Positions 25,628-36,012 of a stretch of DNA of 64,000 bases are shown here, in pieces (position 1 is the first letter of the stretch; every line of letters begins with the position of its first letter). The notes under the pieces were generated by a model that searched no databases, had not been told where the DNA came from, and worked only from the letters and a program-made list of their open reading frames with translations. The position numbers were made by a program, and so were the translations under genes. The stretch comes from an uncultured Solirubrobacterales bacterium (GTDB taxonomy: Bacteria > Actinomycetota > Thermoleophilia > Solirubrobacterales > Solirubrobacteraceae), in NCBI GenBank assembly GCA_963733555.1, contig CAVTDO010000001.1:64913-128912 (forward strand). Direction: 5' to 3'.

Positions 25628-28081
25628 ATGCCCAGACCTGAGCAGAAGAAGATCCAGATGACCATCGACGGCCGTGAGGTCGAGGCCGTCGAGGGGACGA
25701 TGCTCGTCGACGCGGCCAAGCAGGGCGACGTCGAGATCCCCTACTTCTGTTACGAGCCCAAGCTCGGCAACCCGGTGGGCGCCTGCCGCATGTGCCTGGT
25801 CGAGATTGAGGGCATCCCCAAGCTGCAGACGTCGTGTTCGACGCCGGTCAAGGATGGGATGGTCGTCCACACTCAGACCCAGCGGGTCAGGCACGCCCAG
25901 AACGCGGTGGTCGAGTTCCTGCTCGTCAATCACCCGCTGGACTGCCCCGTGTGCGACAAGGGTGGCGAGTGCCCGCTCCAGGACATCACCTTCGGGTGGG
26001 GGCTCGGGCGCAGTAGGTTCATCGAGCCCAAGCGCCACTTCATCAAGCCCCTCTCGCTCTCCCCGGTCATCGCCATCGACCGTGAGCGCTGCATCCTCTG
26101 CTACCGCTGTGTGCGCTTCTCCCAGGAGGTGGCCGAGGACTACCAGCTGATCTTCGCCGAGCGCGGCGCCGAGACGTTCGTCGCCACCCACGACGGGCAC
26201 CCGTACGTGGCTCCGTTCAGCGGCAACATCATCGAGCTCTGCCCCGTCGGCGCGCTGACCTCGAAGCCGTACCGCTTCCGGGCGCGGCCCTGGGACAACG
26301 AGGCTGCGGCTGGGATCTGCACCCTCTGCCCCTCTCAGTGCAACGTGGAGTTCACCGTGCGTGACGAGAAGGTCATGCGCGTGCTCGCCCGCGATGCCAA
26401 CGGCAACCCGGGCGTGGATGACGGCTGGCTGTGCGACAAGGGCCGCTTCGCCTATCAGGCCATGCACGTCGACGAGCGCATCACCGCGCCGATGGTCCGG
26501 GACGGCGGCCGCCTGCGCGAGGTTTCCTGGGAGCGTGCGCTCGAGGTCGCCGCAGGCCTGAAGAGCCACAAGGGCCGCACGGCCGCCCTGGTCGGAGGGC
26601 AGGCGACCAACGAGGAGGGATTCCTCCTCGGCCGCCTTCTCCGCGAGGGCCTTGAGTCGGGCGACCTCGACTCCCGCGCTGACGATGCCCCTTCGGTCGG
26701 CCTGACCCAGGCGCTGGCCGACCCGGCGCTTCAGGCCTCGGTGCCCGACCTCGAGTTTGCCCACACCATCATCGTCCTCGGCACCGATCCCCTCGACGAC
26801 ATGCCGATCCTCGACCTGCGGATCCGCAAGGGTGTCCGGCGCCGGGGAGTCAACCTGGTCGTGGCCACAGCCCGCCCGAGCGCGCTTGATGCGAACGCCG
26901 AGCGGGTGATCCGCTACGCCCCGGGCGGCGAGGCCGAGTTCCTCTCCGGCGTGGCCTCGGCCCTCGGGGGCCGAGACGCCTCGGCCGAAGCCCGGGGCCT
27001 GGCTGACCTCCTGCGGGACGGGGGCGAGGACGTCGTCATCGTGTGGGGCGAGCGCCTGGCCCCGGCCGCGCTACCCCACCTGCTCACGATCGCTGATCGC
27101 CTCGGATTGAGCGGACGGTCTGGTGCCGGCCTGCTGGAGATCCCGGCCGGATCCAACGGCCGCGGTCTGCGTGAGGCGGGGGTGCTGCCCGGTGCCGGGC
27201 CTGGCTACACCGGGCTCGACGAAGCCCGCGGCGCCACCGAGATCGCCGAGGCTGCGGCCGAGGGCGAGGTCACGGCGCTGTACCTGTACGAGACCGACCC
27301 CCTGCGTGACCGGGGCGATCGCGAGCTCTGGGAGCGCGCCATGCACCGCGCCGGCCTCGTCGTCGCTCACGCCTCGGTTCTCACCGAGGGAATCGCCGAG
27401 CACGCCAATGTGGTCTTCCCCGCCGACTCCTACGCCGAGAAGGACGGCACCGTCGTCCACCCCGACGGCCGCCTCCAGCGCCTGCGCACGGCGATCGCCC
27501 ACCCCCACGAGGTGCGGGCGGGCTGGTCGGTGATCGCCGAGGTGGCCAAGCGAGTGGGCCTGGACCTGGGCGTCCTGACCAGCAGCATGGCCTTCGCGCA
27601 GCTTGTCGAGGCGGTTCCGTTCTACGGCGGACTGACTTTGGAAGAGATCGGCGGCAGGGGTGTGCGCTGGCCCGAGCGTGAGGCGGCGTCGGATTTCACT
27701 GTGGGAGATAAGTCCAACATAGAGGCCAAAATCACCCAAACCCCTGCGGCGACGAACGGCGAACTCCGCCTTGGCACCTATCGCCCCATCTGGGCCTCCC
27801 CGGAGGTCGAGATCTCCCCCGCCCTCCAGTACACGATCGCCCGCCAACAGGCCGAGCTCTCGCCTGAGGACGCGCGCCGGCTCGGAATCGTGACCGGCGA
27901 GATCCTCGAGATCAGCCAGAACGGAACCTCCCTCCGGGCCAAGGCCGCCGTCCGTAGCGGCGTCCCTGAGGGGACGGTCTTCCTGGCCAGCGGGGTGGCC
28001 GAGGACTCGGTCAACGCTTTGACCGAGCCGCTGGTCGAGGTGCGCAAGGCCCACGCCACGCTCGAGGTGCACGGAGCGTGA
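25628..28081 (+). CDS. nuoG: NADH-quinone oxidoreductase subunit G
   Basis: 'GACRMCLVE', 'HPLDCPVCDKGGECPLQ', 'CILCYRCVR', and the N7-type 'CTLCPSQC...LCDKGRF'. Confidence 0.97.
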   Translation: MPRPEQKKIQMTIDGREVEAVEGTMLVDAAKQGDVEIPYFCYEPKLGNPVGACRMCLVEIEGIPKLQTSCSTPVKDGMVVHTQTQRVRHAQNAVVEFLLVNHPLDCPVCDKGGECPLQDITFGWGLGRSRFIEPKRHFIKPLSLSPVIAIDRERCILCYRCVRFSQEVAEDYQLIFAERGAETFVATHDGHPYVAPFSGNIIELCPVGALTSKPYRFRARPWDNEAAAGICTLCPSQCNVEFTVRDEKVMRVLARDANGNPGVDDGWLCDKGRFAYQAMHVDERITAPMVRDGGRLREVSWERALEVAAGLKSHKGRTAALVGGQATNEEGFLLGRLLREGLESGDLDSRADDAPSVGLTQALADPALQASVPDLEFAHTIIVLGTDPLDDMPILDLRIRKGVRRRGVNLVVATARPSALDANAERVIRYAPGGEAEFLSGVASALGGRDASAEARGLADLLRDGGEDVVIVWGERLAPAALPHLLTIADRLGLSGRSGAGLLEIPAGSNGRGLREAGVLPGAGPGYTGLDEARGATEIAEAAAEGEVTALYLYETDPLRDRGDRELWERAMHRAGLVVAHASVLTEGIAEHANVVFPADSYAEKDGTVVHPDGRLQRLRTAIAHPHEVRAGWSVIAEVAKRVGLDLGVLTSSMAFAQLVEAVPFYGGLTLEEIGGRGVRWPEREAASDFTVGDKSNIEAKITQTPAATNGELRLGTYRPIWASPEVEISPALQYTIARQQAELSPEDARRLGIVTGEILEISQNGTSLRAKAAVRSGVPEGTVFLASGVAEDSVNALTEPLVEVRKAHATLEVHGA

Positions 28082-29094
28082 TCGGACTCGCCGACGTCGC
28101 CTTCTATGAGCCGTGGTGGGTCCAGATCATCAAGGCCCTGGCCATCTTCGCCGTCATCTTCCTGCTCCTGCCGATCCTGATCGTCTACGAGCGCAAGCTG
28201 CTCGGCCGATTCCAGGCCCGCTACGGCCCCAACCGCGTCGGACCCTTCGGCCTGCTCCAGCCGCTGGCCGAGATCATCAAGTTCGCCACCAAGGAGCCCT
28301 CGCGGCCGGCCACCAGCATCGGCTTCCTGTACCGGATCGCCCCCATGATCTCGATCCTCACCGCGGTCTCGGCTCTGGCCCTGATCCCGTTCGGGAACGT
28401 TCAGCACATCTTCGGCCAGCGCGTTGGGCTCTACGGAATCGACGTCTCGGTCGGGCCCCTCTACGTATTCGCCTTCGGCGGGATCGCCTTCTACGGGATC
28501 ATGCTCGGGGGCTGGGCCAGCGGCTCGAAGTACGCCTTCCTCGGCGCGATGCGCGGCGCCGCGCAGCTCATCTCCTACGAGGTCTCCCAGGGTCTCGCCC
28601 TGGTCGGGTGCGTGATCACCGCCCAGACGCTGTCGCTCACCGGCGTCGTTCACGCCCAGTTGAGGCTGTGGTACTTCATCCCGCAGATCGTCGGGTTCCT
28701 CATCTTCCTCGTCGCCTCGTTCGCCGAGACCAACCGCGCCCCCTTCGACCTGCTCGAGGCCGACTCGGAGATCATCGGCTACTTCACCGAGTACGGCGGC
28801 ACCGGCTGGGTCGCCTACGAGTTCGCCGAGTACGCGAACATGATCGTCGTCTCCGGGATCATGGTCACGTTCTTCTTCGGAGGCTGGCTTCTGCCCTTCG
28901 GGATCCATCCCCCGGGCTGGGTCGACCCGATCGTCGTCCTGGCCAAGATCTTCCTCTTCCTGACCTTCTTCATTTGGGTCCGGGCGACGCTGCCCCGCCT
29001 GCGTTATGACCAGCTGATGTCCTTCGGCTGGAAGATCCTGCTCCCCCTGGCCACGCTCAACCTGCTCGTGACCGCAATCCTGGTGACCGTATGA
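28078..29094 (+). CDS. nuoH: NADH-quinone oxidoreductase subunit H
   Basis: '[19 protein letters not shown]', 'AAQLISYE', '[10 protein letters not shown]', '[13 protein letters not shown]'. Confidence 0.97.
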   Translation: MIGLADVAFYEPWWVQIIKALAIFAVIFLLLPILIVYERKLLGRFQARYGPNRVGPFGLLQPLAEIIKFATKEPSRPATSIGFLYRIAPMISILTAVSALALIPFGNVQHIFGQRVGLYGIDVSVGPLYVFAFGGIAFYGIMLGGWASGSKYAFLGAMRGAAQLISYEVSQGLALVGCVITAQTLSLTGVVHAQLRLWYFIPQIVGFLIFLVASFAETNRAPFDLLEADSEIIGYFTEYGGTGWVAYEFAEYANMIVVSGIMVTFFFGGWLLPFGIHPPGWVDPIVVLAKIFLFLTFFIWVRATLPRLRYDQLMSFGWKILLPLATLNLLVTAILVTV

Positions 29095-29621
29095 GCTACG
29101 ACCCCGGCGACGTGATCCAGGTCATCCGGGAGCCGTCGGTCTCGCCGGCGGCCAGCCTTTATCGCACCTTCGGCGAGACCCTCCGCGGACTGAAGACGAC
29201 CTTCGCGCGGATCGTCGAGGGCCCGGTGACGATCCAGTACCCGGAGGAGAAGACGCCGGTCTACCCGCGCTTCCGCGGCCGCCACAAGCTCCACCGTTTC
29301 GAGGACACCGGCCTTGAGAAGTGCGTCGGCTGCTCGCTCTGCGCCGCCGCCTGCCCAGCTGACTGCATCCGCGTCGTGGCGGCCGAGAACACCCCGGAGA
29401 ACCGGGTCTCGGCCGGCGAGCGCTACGCCGCCGTCTACGAGATCAACCTGAGCCGCTGCATCTTCTGCGGCTACTGCGAGGTCGCCTGCCCGTTCGACGC
29501 CATCACCATGGGCCACGACTACGAGCTCTCCGACTACACGCGGTCGGATCTCATCTTCACCAAGGAGATGCTGCTCGCCGAGGCGGTCGAGCGCACGCCG
29601 CTGCGGACGGAGGGCGAGTGA
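29091..29621 (+). CDS. nuoI: NADH-quinone oxidoreductase subunit I
   Basis: Two CxxCxxCxxxCP motifs ([12 protein letters not shown]; [12 protein letters not shown]). Confidence 0.97.
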   Translation: MSYDPGDVIQVIREPSVSPAASLYRTFGETLRGLKTTFARIVEGPVTIQYPEEKTPVYPRFRGRHKLHRFEDTGLEKCVGCSLCAAACPADCIRVVAAENTPENRVSAGERYAAVYEINLSRCIFCGYCEVACPFDAITMGHDYELSDYTRSDLIFTKEMLLAEAVERTPLRTEGE

Positions 29622-29640
29622 GCATGCGGAGAGCCCACCC

Positions 29641-30318
29641 TTGAGCGCCGTCTTCTTCTTCATCGCCGCCATCGGCGCCCTGGCCGGCGCCATCGGCGTG
29701 GTGTCGTTGCGTGACCCCTTCTACAGCGTGCTGGCGCTGGCCTTCCATCTCGTCTCGCTGGCCGCGCTCTTCCTCCTTCTCCGGGCCGAGTTCGTGGCCG
29801 CCGCCCAGGTGGTCGTCTACGCCGGCGCCGTGATGGTGCTCTACGTGTTCGTGGTCGCCTACGTGGGGGGCGGCCAGGCTCTGCCCAGCGCGGGCGCCCT
29901 GCGGGTCCTGGGCCCGCTCTTCGCCATCGCCCTGGCCGTCGAGCTCTGCATCGCCATGCTCGGCACGGCGCTCGCCGGCGTCAAGCATGCGGGCGCGCCC
30001 TACGTCCACGGCTTCGGAACCCCGCAGCACATCGGAACCCTGTTCTTGACCAAGTTCCTCTTCCCCTTCGAGGCGGCCTCGATCCTCCTCCTCGTCGCCG
30101 CCGTGGGCGCCGTCGTCCTGGCCCGCCGCCGGGCCGGCCTTGAGGAGACCGACGAGCCCGAGACGCCGGACGACCTCCACATCACGGCCACTCAGCCCGG
30201 CTACGTGGGCACGATGGCCGAGGGCGCCGGGGTCCGCTCCGGTTCCCGCGAGGAGCCGCTCCAGCCGGAGGTTGAGACCGTTGGCGGCGCAGCCGACATC
30301 GACCGGGGAGGCTGGTAG
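29641..30318 (+). CDS. nuoJ: NADH-quinone oxidoreductase subunit J
   Basis: 'AQVVVYAGAVMVLYVFV', 'FPFEAASILLLVA.VGA'. Confidence 0.95.
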   Translation: MSAVFFFIAAIGALAGAIGVVSLRDPFYSVLALAFHLVSLAALFLLLRAEFVAAAQVVVYAGAVMVLYVFVVAYVGGGQALPSAGALRVLGPLFAIALAVELCIAMLGTALAGVKHAGAPYVHGFGTPQHIGTLFLTKFLFPFEAASILLLVAAVGAVVLARRRAGLEETDEPETPDDLHITATQPGYVGTMAEGAGVRSGSREEPLQPEVETVGGAADIDRGGW

Positions 30319-30618
30319 GTGGCCATCGGCTGGTATCTCGTCGTCTCGGCGCTCATCTTCTGCATCGGCGCCGGCGGCGTCCTCGCCCGGCGCAACCCTC
30401 TGGTCATCCTGCTCTGCCTCGAGCTGATGCTCAACGGAGCCAACCTGTCGCTCGTCGCCTTCGCTCGCATGTGGGGCACCGAGGCCGGCCAGATCTTCGC
30501 CCTGATCGTGATGGTTGTCGCCGCCTGCGAGGTGACGGTCGGCCTGGGGCTGATCGTGGCCATCTACCGGCGGCGGCTCCCGATCGACGTCGATGAATTG
30601 TCAGAGCTTCACGGCTAG
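30319..30618 (+). CDS. nuoK: NADH-quinone oxidoreductase subunit K
   Basis: 'RRNPL...LELMLN', 'VAACEVTVGLGL'. Confidence 0.96.
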   Translation: MAIGWYLVVSALIFCIGAGGVLARRNPLVILLCLELMLNGANLSLVAFARMWGTEAGQIFALIVMVVAACEVTVGLGLIVAIYRRRLPIDVDELSELHG

Positions 30619-32637
30619 ATGAAGGCCCCGTCGGTCACCACGTTCGCGTGGCTCGTGCTCCTGTGCCCGCTCGTCGGGACAGCGGTCATCGCGCTGAGCT
30701 ACCGCTGGCTCCCGGGCCGGAGCGCCGGGTGGATCGGGACCCTGGCCATCGCGCTGGGCTTCGGGTTCAGCGTGATCGTTTTCATCAAGCTCCTCGGCCG
30801 CAGCCCGGAGCACCGCGAGCTCACCTCAAGCCTGTGGAGCTACGACAACTCCGTCGGCGTCGACGCCAAGCTCCAGATCCTCGTCGACCCGTTGTCGGTG
30901 TTCATGATCCTGATCGTCTCCGGGGTCTCGTCGCTGATCCATCTCTATTCGGTCTCCTACCTGTGGGAGGACCGCGGCTACCGGCGCTACTTCAGCTACC
31001 TGAACTTCTTCGTCTTCTCGATGCTGCTGCTCGTGCTGGCGGGCAACTTCGTCCTCCTGATCGTCGGCTGGGCCTTCGTGGGCGCCGCCTCGTACCTGCT
31101 CATCTCGTTCTGGTACCGCCGCGCGACGGCCACCCGGGCCGGGCTCAAGGCGTTCGTCATCAACGTTGTCGGCGACGTCGGCCTCGTGCTGGGCACGTTC
31201 TTCCTGTTCAAGCACACCGGCACGGTCAGCTTCCTGAAGACGTTCCACGACGTTCGCCACGTCTTCGGCCACAACAGCCCCGACCTCGTGGCCGCCTGCC
31301 TGCTCCTGCTCGTGGGCGCGTTCGCCAAGTCGGCCCAGGTGCCGCTCCACACCTGGCTCCCGGACGCCATGGAGGGCCCGACACCGGTCTCGGCCCTGAT
31401 CCACGCCGCGACCATGGTCACCGCCGGCGTCTACCTGATCGCCCGTATGCACCCGCTCTTCGAGCACGCGCCCACGGCCGCCGACGTGGGGGCGATCGGC
31501 GGTTGCCTGACCCTGCTGATCGCGGCCACGATCGCCATCGTCCAGGTCGACCTCAAGCGCGTCATCGCCTACTCGACCATGTCCCAGATCGGCTACATGA
31601 TCATGGGCGTCTCCGTCGGCGCCTATTCCGCGGGCCTGTTTCACCTCATGACCCACGCCTTCTTCAAGGCGCTCCTGTTCATGGCCGCGGGCTCGATCAT
31701 CGGCGCCATGGCCGGCGTGCAGTCGCTGGACCGGATGGGCGGCTTCCGGCGGGCGCTGCCCTTCACCTTCCTGTGTTTCCTAGTGGGCGGCCTGGCCCTG
31801 TCGGGCCTGCCGCCCTTTTCGGGTTGGCTCTCGAAGGACGACATCATCGGTTACCTCGATCACCGGGGCGGGGGCTTTCTGATCCTCGGGATCGCCGGCT
31901 ACATCGGTGCGCTGCTCACCGGGATCTACACCTTCCGGATGATCTTCCGCGCCTTCCTGGGCGAGCCGGTGGCAGAAGCGCGGGAGCTCGAGCAGGGCCA
32001 CCTGGCCCACGCCGAGGTTCCCCGCAACCCGCTCACCGGCGAGGAGGAGGACACCGACGTCGGCTTCCCCGGCCCGGGTCACTTCATCGCCGAGCGCGAG
32101 TGGCCCATGAGGATCGCCATGGGCACCCTGGCGCTGCTTGCCGTGGTCGCCGGCGCGCTCCAGATTCCCGGCGTTGACGACGCCGTGGGCAAGTTCCTCG
32201 CTCCAACCTTTGCCGACTCTCGGCTGGCCAGCCTGCACGAATCCACCGGCACCTCCTGGGTCGGGCTCATCATCGGCGCGGTCATCGCCGTAGTCGGGAT
32301 CACCGCCGCCTACCGGATCTGGGTGGTCATGCCAGGCACCTCCACGTCACTCGAGGGGCGCCTGCCCTGGCTTCACCGGTTCCTGGTCAACAAGTGGTAC
32401 ATCGATGAGCTGATCGACTTCGCCGTGGTCAGGCCGGCGCTGTGGCTCGGGGGCGTGACGAGCGGGGGGCTCGAGCGGATCGTCATCGGCGACATCGTCA
32501 CCGGCGGGGCGACGGGCTTCGTCCGGGCGGGTTCGGCCGCGGTCAGGCGCGCCCAGACAGGCTTCCTGCGCTACTACGCCGCGGCCATGGTCTTCTTCAT
32601 CTCCGTCGTCGCCCTCTACTTCCTGGTCAGCAGCTAG
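30619..32637 (+). CDS. nuoL: NADH-quinone oxidoreductase subunit L
   Basis: 'VDPLS', 'KSAQVPLHTWLPDAMEGPTPVSALIHAATMV', 'HAFFKALLF'. Confidence 0.97.
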   Translation: MKAPSVTTFAWLVLLCPLVGTAVIALSYRWLPGRSAGWIGTLAIALGFGFSVIVFIKLLGRSPEHRELTSSLWSYDNSVGVDAKLQILVDPLSVFMILIVSGVSSLIHLYSVSYLWEDRGYRRYFSYLNFFVFSMLLLVLAGNFVLLIVGWAFVGAASYLLISFWYRRATATRAGLKAFVINVVGDVGLVLGTFFLFKHTGTVSFLKTFHDVRHVFGHNSPDLVAACLLLLVGAFAKSAQVPLHTWLPDAMEGPTPVSALIHAATMVTAGVYLIARMHPLFEHAPTAADVGAIGGCLTLLIAATIAIVQVDLKRVIAYSTMSQIGYMIMGVSVGAYSAGLFHLMTHAFFKALLFMAAGSIIGAMAGVQSLDRMGGFRRALPFTFLCFLVGGLALSGLPPFSGWLSKDDIIGYLDHRGGGFLILGIAGYIGALLTGIYTFRMIFRAFLGEPVAEARELEQGHLAHAEVPRNPLTGEEEDTDVGFPGPGHFIAEREWPMRIAMGTLALLAVVAGALQIPGVDDAVGKFLAPTFADSRLASLHESTGTSWVGLIIGAVIAVVGITAAYRIWVVMPGTSTSLEGRLPWLHRFLVNKWYIDELIDFAVVRPALWLGGVTSGGLERIVIGDIVTGGATGFVRAGSAAVRRAQTGFLRYYAAAMVFFISVVALYFLVSS

Positions 32638-34136
32638 TGACGCTGTCGATCCTCATCTGGCTTCCCCTCGTCGTTGGGCTGATCGCGGCGCTGATGCCGC
32701 GCCCGTTCGTGGGCTGGGCCACCGTGGCGGGCGGTGTCGTCACTCTGGGCGTGGCGATCTCGTTCCTGGCCCGCTTCAAGCTCGGGCAGGCCGGGCTTCA
32801 GTTCAGGACCGACCAGGTGTGGATCTCCTCGCTGGGGATCCACTACAAGCTCGGGCTCGATGGCTTGAACGTCGCCCTGATCGTCCTGACCTGCGTGCTC
32901 TTCACCGCCTCCCTGGCCTGGGCGGCCTTCCGGGAATGGGAGCGACCTCGCCTCTTCTACTTCCACTTCGGTCTCGCCCAGAGCGCCGTCCTCGGCGCCT
33001 TCTGCGCTCAGGATCTGGCTCTGTTCGTGGCCTTCTTCGACCTCATGCTGATCCCGTTCTACTTCCTGGTCGGGATGTGGGGCACGGGCGATCGCATCCG
33101 GGCCACGACCAAGCTCGTCGTCTACACCCTGGTCGGCTCGTTCTTCATGCTCGCGGCCGCGATCGCCACCGGGACGCTCGCCGCCTCCCAGCATGGCGCG
33201 CCCATCACCTTCGTCCTCAGCTCGCTCCAGCATCTGCCGCTCTCGCACGCCTCGCAGGAATGGATCTTCCTCTGCTTCGCCTTCGCCTTCCTGGTCAAGA
33301 TGCCGCTCGTCCCGTTCCACGGCTGGCTGGCCGACGGCTACAAGTCGATGCCGATCCCGGCCGTCGCCGTCTTCTCCGGCGTTGTCTCCAAGGTCGCCGC
33401 CTACGGCTTCCTGCGCATCGTCCTGCCCCTCTTCCCGTACGCGGCCGTGCACTTCCAGATGCTTCTGCTCGTGGTTGCGCTGGTCTCCATCCTCTGGGGG
33501 ACGGCCGTCGCCTTCACCACCCCCGACGCGCGGATGGTCGTTGCCTACTCGAGCGTGGCCCAGCTCAGCTTCATCACCCTGGGCATCTTCTCCCTGCGTC
33601 CCGAGGGCGCCCAGGGCGCACTCCTGCAGATGCTCAACCACGGGCTGGTCACCGCGCCCCTGTTCTTCATCGTGGCCGCGCTGGCCATGCGGGCCGGTGG
33701 CTCCGAGCTTCTGCGCGACATGGGCGGGGAGGCCTTCCGGGCCCCGGTGCTGGCGGCGCTCTTCCTGATCATCACCCTGGCCACGCTGGCCATGCCCGGG
33801 TCCTCGAACTTCATCGGCGAGTTCATGATCCTGCTCGGAGTCTTCAAGTCCAAGCTCGTCATCTCCATCATCGCCTTCACCGGCGTGGTCGGGGCCGCCT
33901 ACTACGCGCTCCGATTGTTCATCGGGAGCATGCACAACCGGGTCGGCCCGCTCGTGGCCTCACGTGATCTGCGCCTGGCCGACGCGGCTCCCCTCGCCGC
34001 CCTGGTCGCCGTGATCCTGGCCCTGGCCTTCTATCCCCAGTTCGGCCTGCGGCGCTCCGAACCGACGGTCCGCGCCGTGGTCGCGCCCGTGGCCGCGGCC
34101 GGAGCCTCGCAACCCACACGGGTGGCGCAGCGATGA
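32637..34136 (+). CDS. nuoM: NADH-quinone oxidoreductase subunit M
   Basis: GTG overlaps the nuoL stop; 'LGLDGL', 'FLVKMPLVPFHGW', 'YSSVAQL', 'AMPGSSNFIGE'. Confidence 0.96.
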   Translation: MTLSILIWLPLVVGLIAALMPRPFVGWATVAGGVVTLGVAISFLARFKLGQAGLQFRTDQVWISSLGIHYKLGLDGLNVALIVLTCVLFTASLAWAAFREWERPRLFYFHFGLAQSAVLGAFCAQDLALFVAFFDLMLIPFYFLVGMWGTGDRIRATTKLVVYTLVGSFFMLAAAIATGTLAASQHGAPITFVLSSLQHLPLSHASQEWIFLCFAFAFLVKMPLVPFHGWLADGYKSMPIPAVAVFSGVVSKVAAYGFLRIVLPLFPYAAVHFQMLLLVVALVSILWGTAVAFTTPDARMVVAYSSVAQLSFITLGIFSLRPEGAQGALLQMLNHGLVTAPLFFIVAALAMRAGGSELLRDMGGEAFRAPVLAALFLIITLATLAMPGSSNFIGEFMILLGVFKSKLVISIIAFTGVVGAAYYALRLFIGSMHNRVGPLVASRDLRLADAAPLAALVAVILALAFYPQFGLRRSEPTVRAVVAPVAAAGASQPTRVAQR

Positions 34137-35692
34137 TCGCCGTCCTCGCCACCGCACACCACCTCAAGGGCCCCCACATCGACTGGGCCGGGTTCTCTCC
34201 GCTGATCGCGGCCGCGGGCGGCGGCCTCGTGGTCCTGATGGTCGGCCTCTTCCGGGCTCGGTTCATCCGCCGCCAGATCGTCCCCGCGATATCGATCGTG
34301 AGCCTCCTGGCCATGATCGGGCTGGCTATCTGGCGCTTCCACCATCCGGCCTCGATCATCTCCGGCGCGCTCCGGATCGACGATCTCGCCCTGGAGGTCG
34401 ACATGCTCTTCGCGGCGTCGGGCATCGCCGCCGTGCTCCTGTCCTGGCGCGCCTTCGCGCCGCGGGAGGCTGGCCAGGGCGAATATCACGCCCTCCTGCT
34501 CCTCAGCATCTTCGGGATGGCGGTGCTCGTCTCGTCCCAGAACCTGATCACGCTGTTCCTGGGTCTCGAGCTCCTATCGATCCCGCTCTACATCCTCTGC
34601 GCCTCGGAGACCCGGCGGGAGGGCGCGCTGGAGTCAGGGCTCAAGTATCTGATCATCGGCTCGGTGGGCTCGGCCACCCTGCTCTACGGGCTCGCCCTCG
34701 TCTACGGCGCCACCGGCGCGACCGACTTCTCGGCCATCGGCGCCGTCGCGGGGACGGGCAAGCTCGCCGGAGGATCGCTCGGCGATCCGATGTTCCTCAC
34801 CGGCCTGGGCCTGATCATCGTCGGCTTCGCCTTCAAGGCTTCAGTGGCTCCGTTTCACCAGTGGACGCCCGATGTCTACGAGGGGGCCCCCACCCCGATC
34901 ACCGCCTTCATGGCCACGGCAACCAAGGCCGCCGCCCTCGTTGTGTTCCTGCGCTTCTTCGACGTGGCCGCGATCGGGGCCCAGAACACCTGGGCGCCGA
35001 TGGTCGCGGCGGTGGCGGCGGTCACGATGATCGTCGGCAACGTGGGCGCCCTGGGTCAGACCTCCCTGAAGCGGATGCTGGGGTACTCCGGCGTCGCCCA
35101 GGCGGGCTACATGCTCACGGGCGTCGTGGTGGGCACGCAACTGGGAATCCAGGCTACGGTCCTGTACCTGCTCGCGTACCTGGGCATGAACCTGGCTCCG
35201 TTCGCGGTGATCGTGGCCATGGAGCGTGAGCGGCCCGATCTCCGGGACGACATCACCGCCCTGAGCGGCCTCGGTGCCCGGAATCCCTGGCTCGCCTGGC
35301 CGATGACGATCGGCATGCTGGGCCTGGCCGGGATCCCCGGCACGGTCGGTTTCATCGCGAAGTTCCAGCTCATCAACGCGCTCGTCAGCGGCGCCTACAC
35401 CTGGCTGGCCATCGTGCTCGTGATCGGCTCGATGATCTCCCTCGGCTACTACCTGCGCGTCGTGGCCATGATCTGGATGCGTCCGGCGCTGGCCACCCGG
35501 CCGGTCATGGCCGGCGGCTCCCAGGAGGCCGACGCCGAGGCCCATGAGGCCACCGCCCCCCGCAGCCTGCATTTCGAGGTGGCCTACGTCGCCCTGGCCT
35601 CGTCCGCGGCGGTCATCGTCTTCGGCATATTCCCCTCGCCCCTATTCCACTTCGCCGCCCACGCCGGCCGTTCGATCGTCGGCCTGTTCTAA
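34133..35692 (+). CDS. nuoN: NADH-quinone oxidoreductase subunit N
   Basis: 'ESGLKYLIIGS', 'FKASVAPFHQWTPDVYEGAP', 'KRMLGYS', 'YYLRV'. Confidence 0.97.
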   Translation: MIAVLATAHHLKGPHIDWAGFSPLIAAAGGGLVVLMVGLFRARFIRRQIVPAISIVSLLAMIGLAIWRFHHPASIISGALRIDDLALEVDMLFAASGIAAVLLSWRAFAPREAGQGEYHALLLLSIFGMAVLVSSQNLITLFLGLELLSIPLYILCASETRREGALESGLKYLIIGSVGSATLLYGLALVYGATGATDFSAIGAVAGTGKLAGGSLGDPMFLTGLGLIIVGFAFKASVAPFHQWTPDVYEGAPTPITAFMATATKAAALVVFLRFFDVAAIGAQNTWAPMVAAVAAVTMIVGNVGALGQTSLKRMLGYSGVAQAGYMLTGVVVGTQLGIQATVLYLLAYLGMNLAPFAVIVAMERERPDLRDDITALSGLGARNPWLAWPMTIGMLGLAGIPGTVGFIAKFQLINALVSGAYTWLAIVLVIGSMISLGYYLRVVAMIWMRPALATRPVMAGGSQEADAEAHEATAPRSLHFEVAYVALASSAAVIVFGIFPSPLFHFAAHAGRSIVGLF

Positions 35693-35745
35693 AGGCCGCG
35701 CCGGATGCGGTGTCCGCCGCGTCAATCCCGGGTAGCCCGCCTCCC

Positions 35746-35955
35746 ATGGAAGATCGACGCAGCGACACCGAGGAGACCTTCGGGGATCAGTCCGCCCCGG
35801 GTGACGCCTCCAATCAGAACAACGAGGAGCCCTCGGCGCCCAGCGGCGGCAGCGGCGAGGCGCCGGACAAGGATGGCAGCAAGGAATCGACCGAAGACTC
35901 CGGCTCCTCCAAGGAAGGCAGCCAGTCGACCGGAAGCCCGGACGCCGCAGGCTGA
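35746..35955 (+). CDS. Small acidic, probably disordered hypothetical protein
   Basis: 69 aa, rich in S/D/E/G; fills the nuoN-thyX gap; start uncertain. Confidence 0.45.
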   Translation: MEDRRSDTEETFGDQSAPGDASNQNNEEPSAPSGGSGEAPDKDGSKESTEDSGSSKEGSQSTGSPDAAG

Positions 35956-36012
35956 GTAGCTCTCCCCGGCTCAGGCCGGGGACGCCGAGAGCGCCGCTAC
36001 GATCAGCGGCCC

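Noticed and set aside
24275-26764. Very long antisense/alternate-frame ORFs (e.g. 24275..26764 -, 11219..13027 -, 8444..9913 -, 3742..5133 -)
   Set aside because: They shadow well-supported genes on the opposite strand. This is expected from GC3-biased codons lacking antisense stops, and they have no recognisable motifs.
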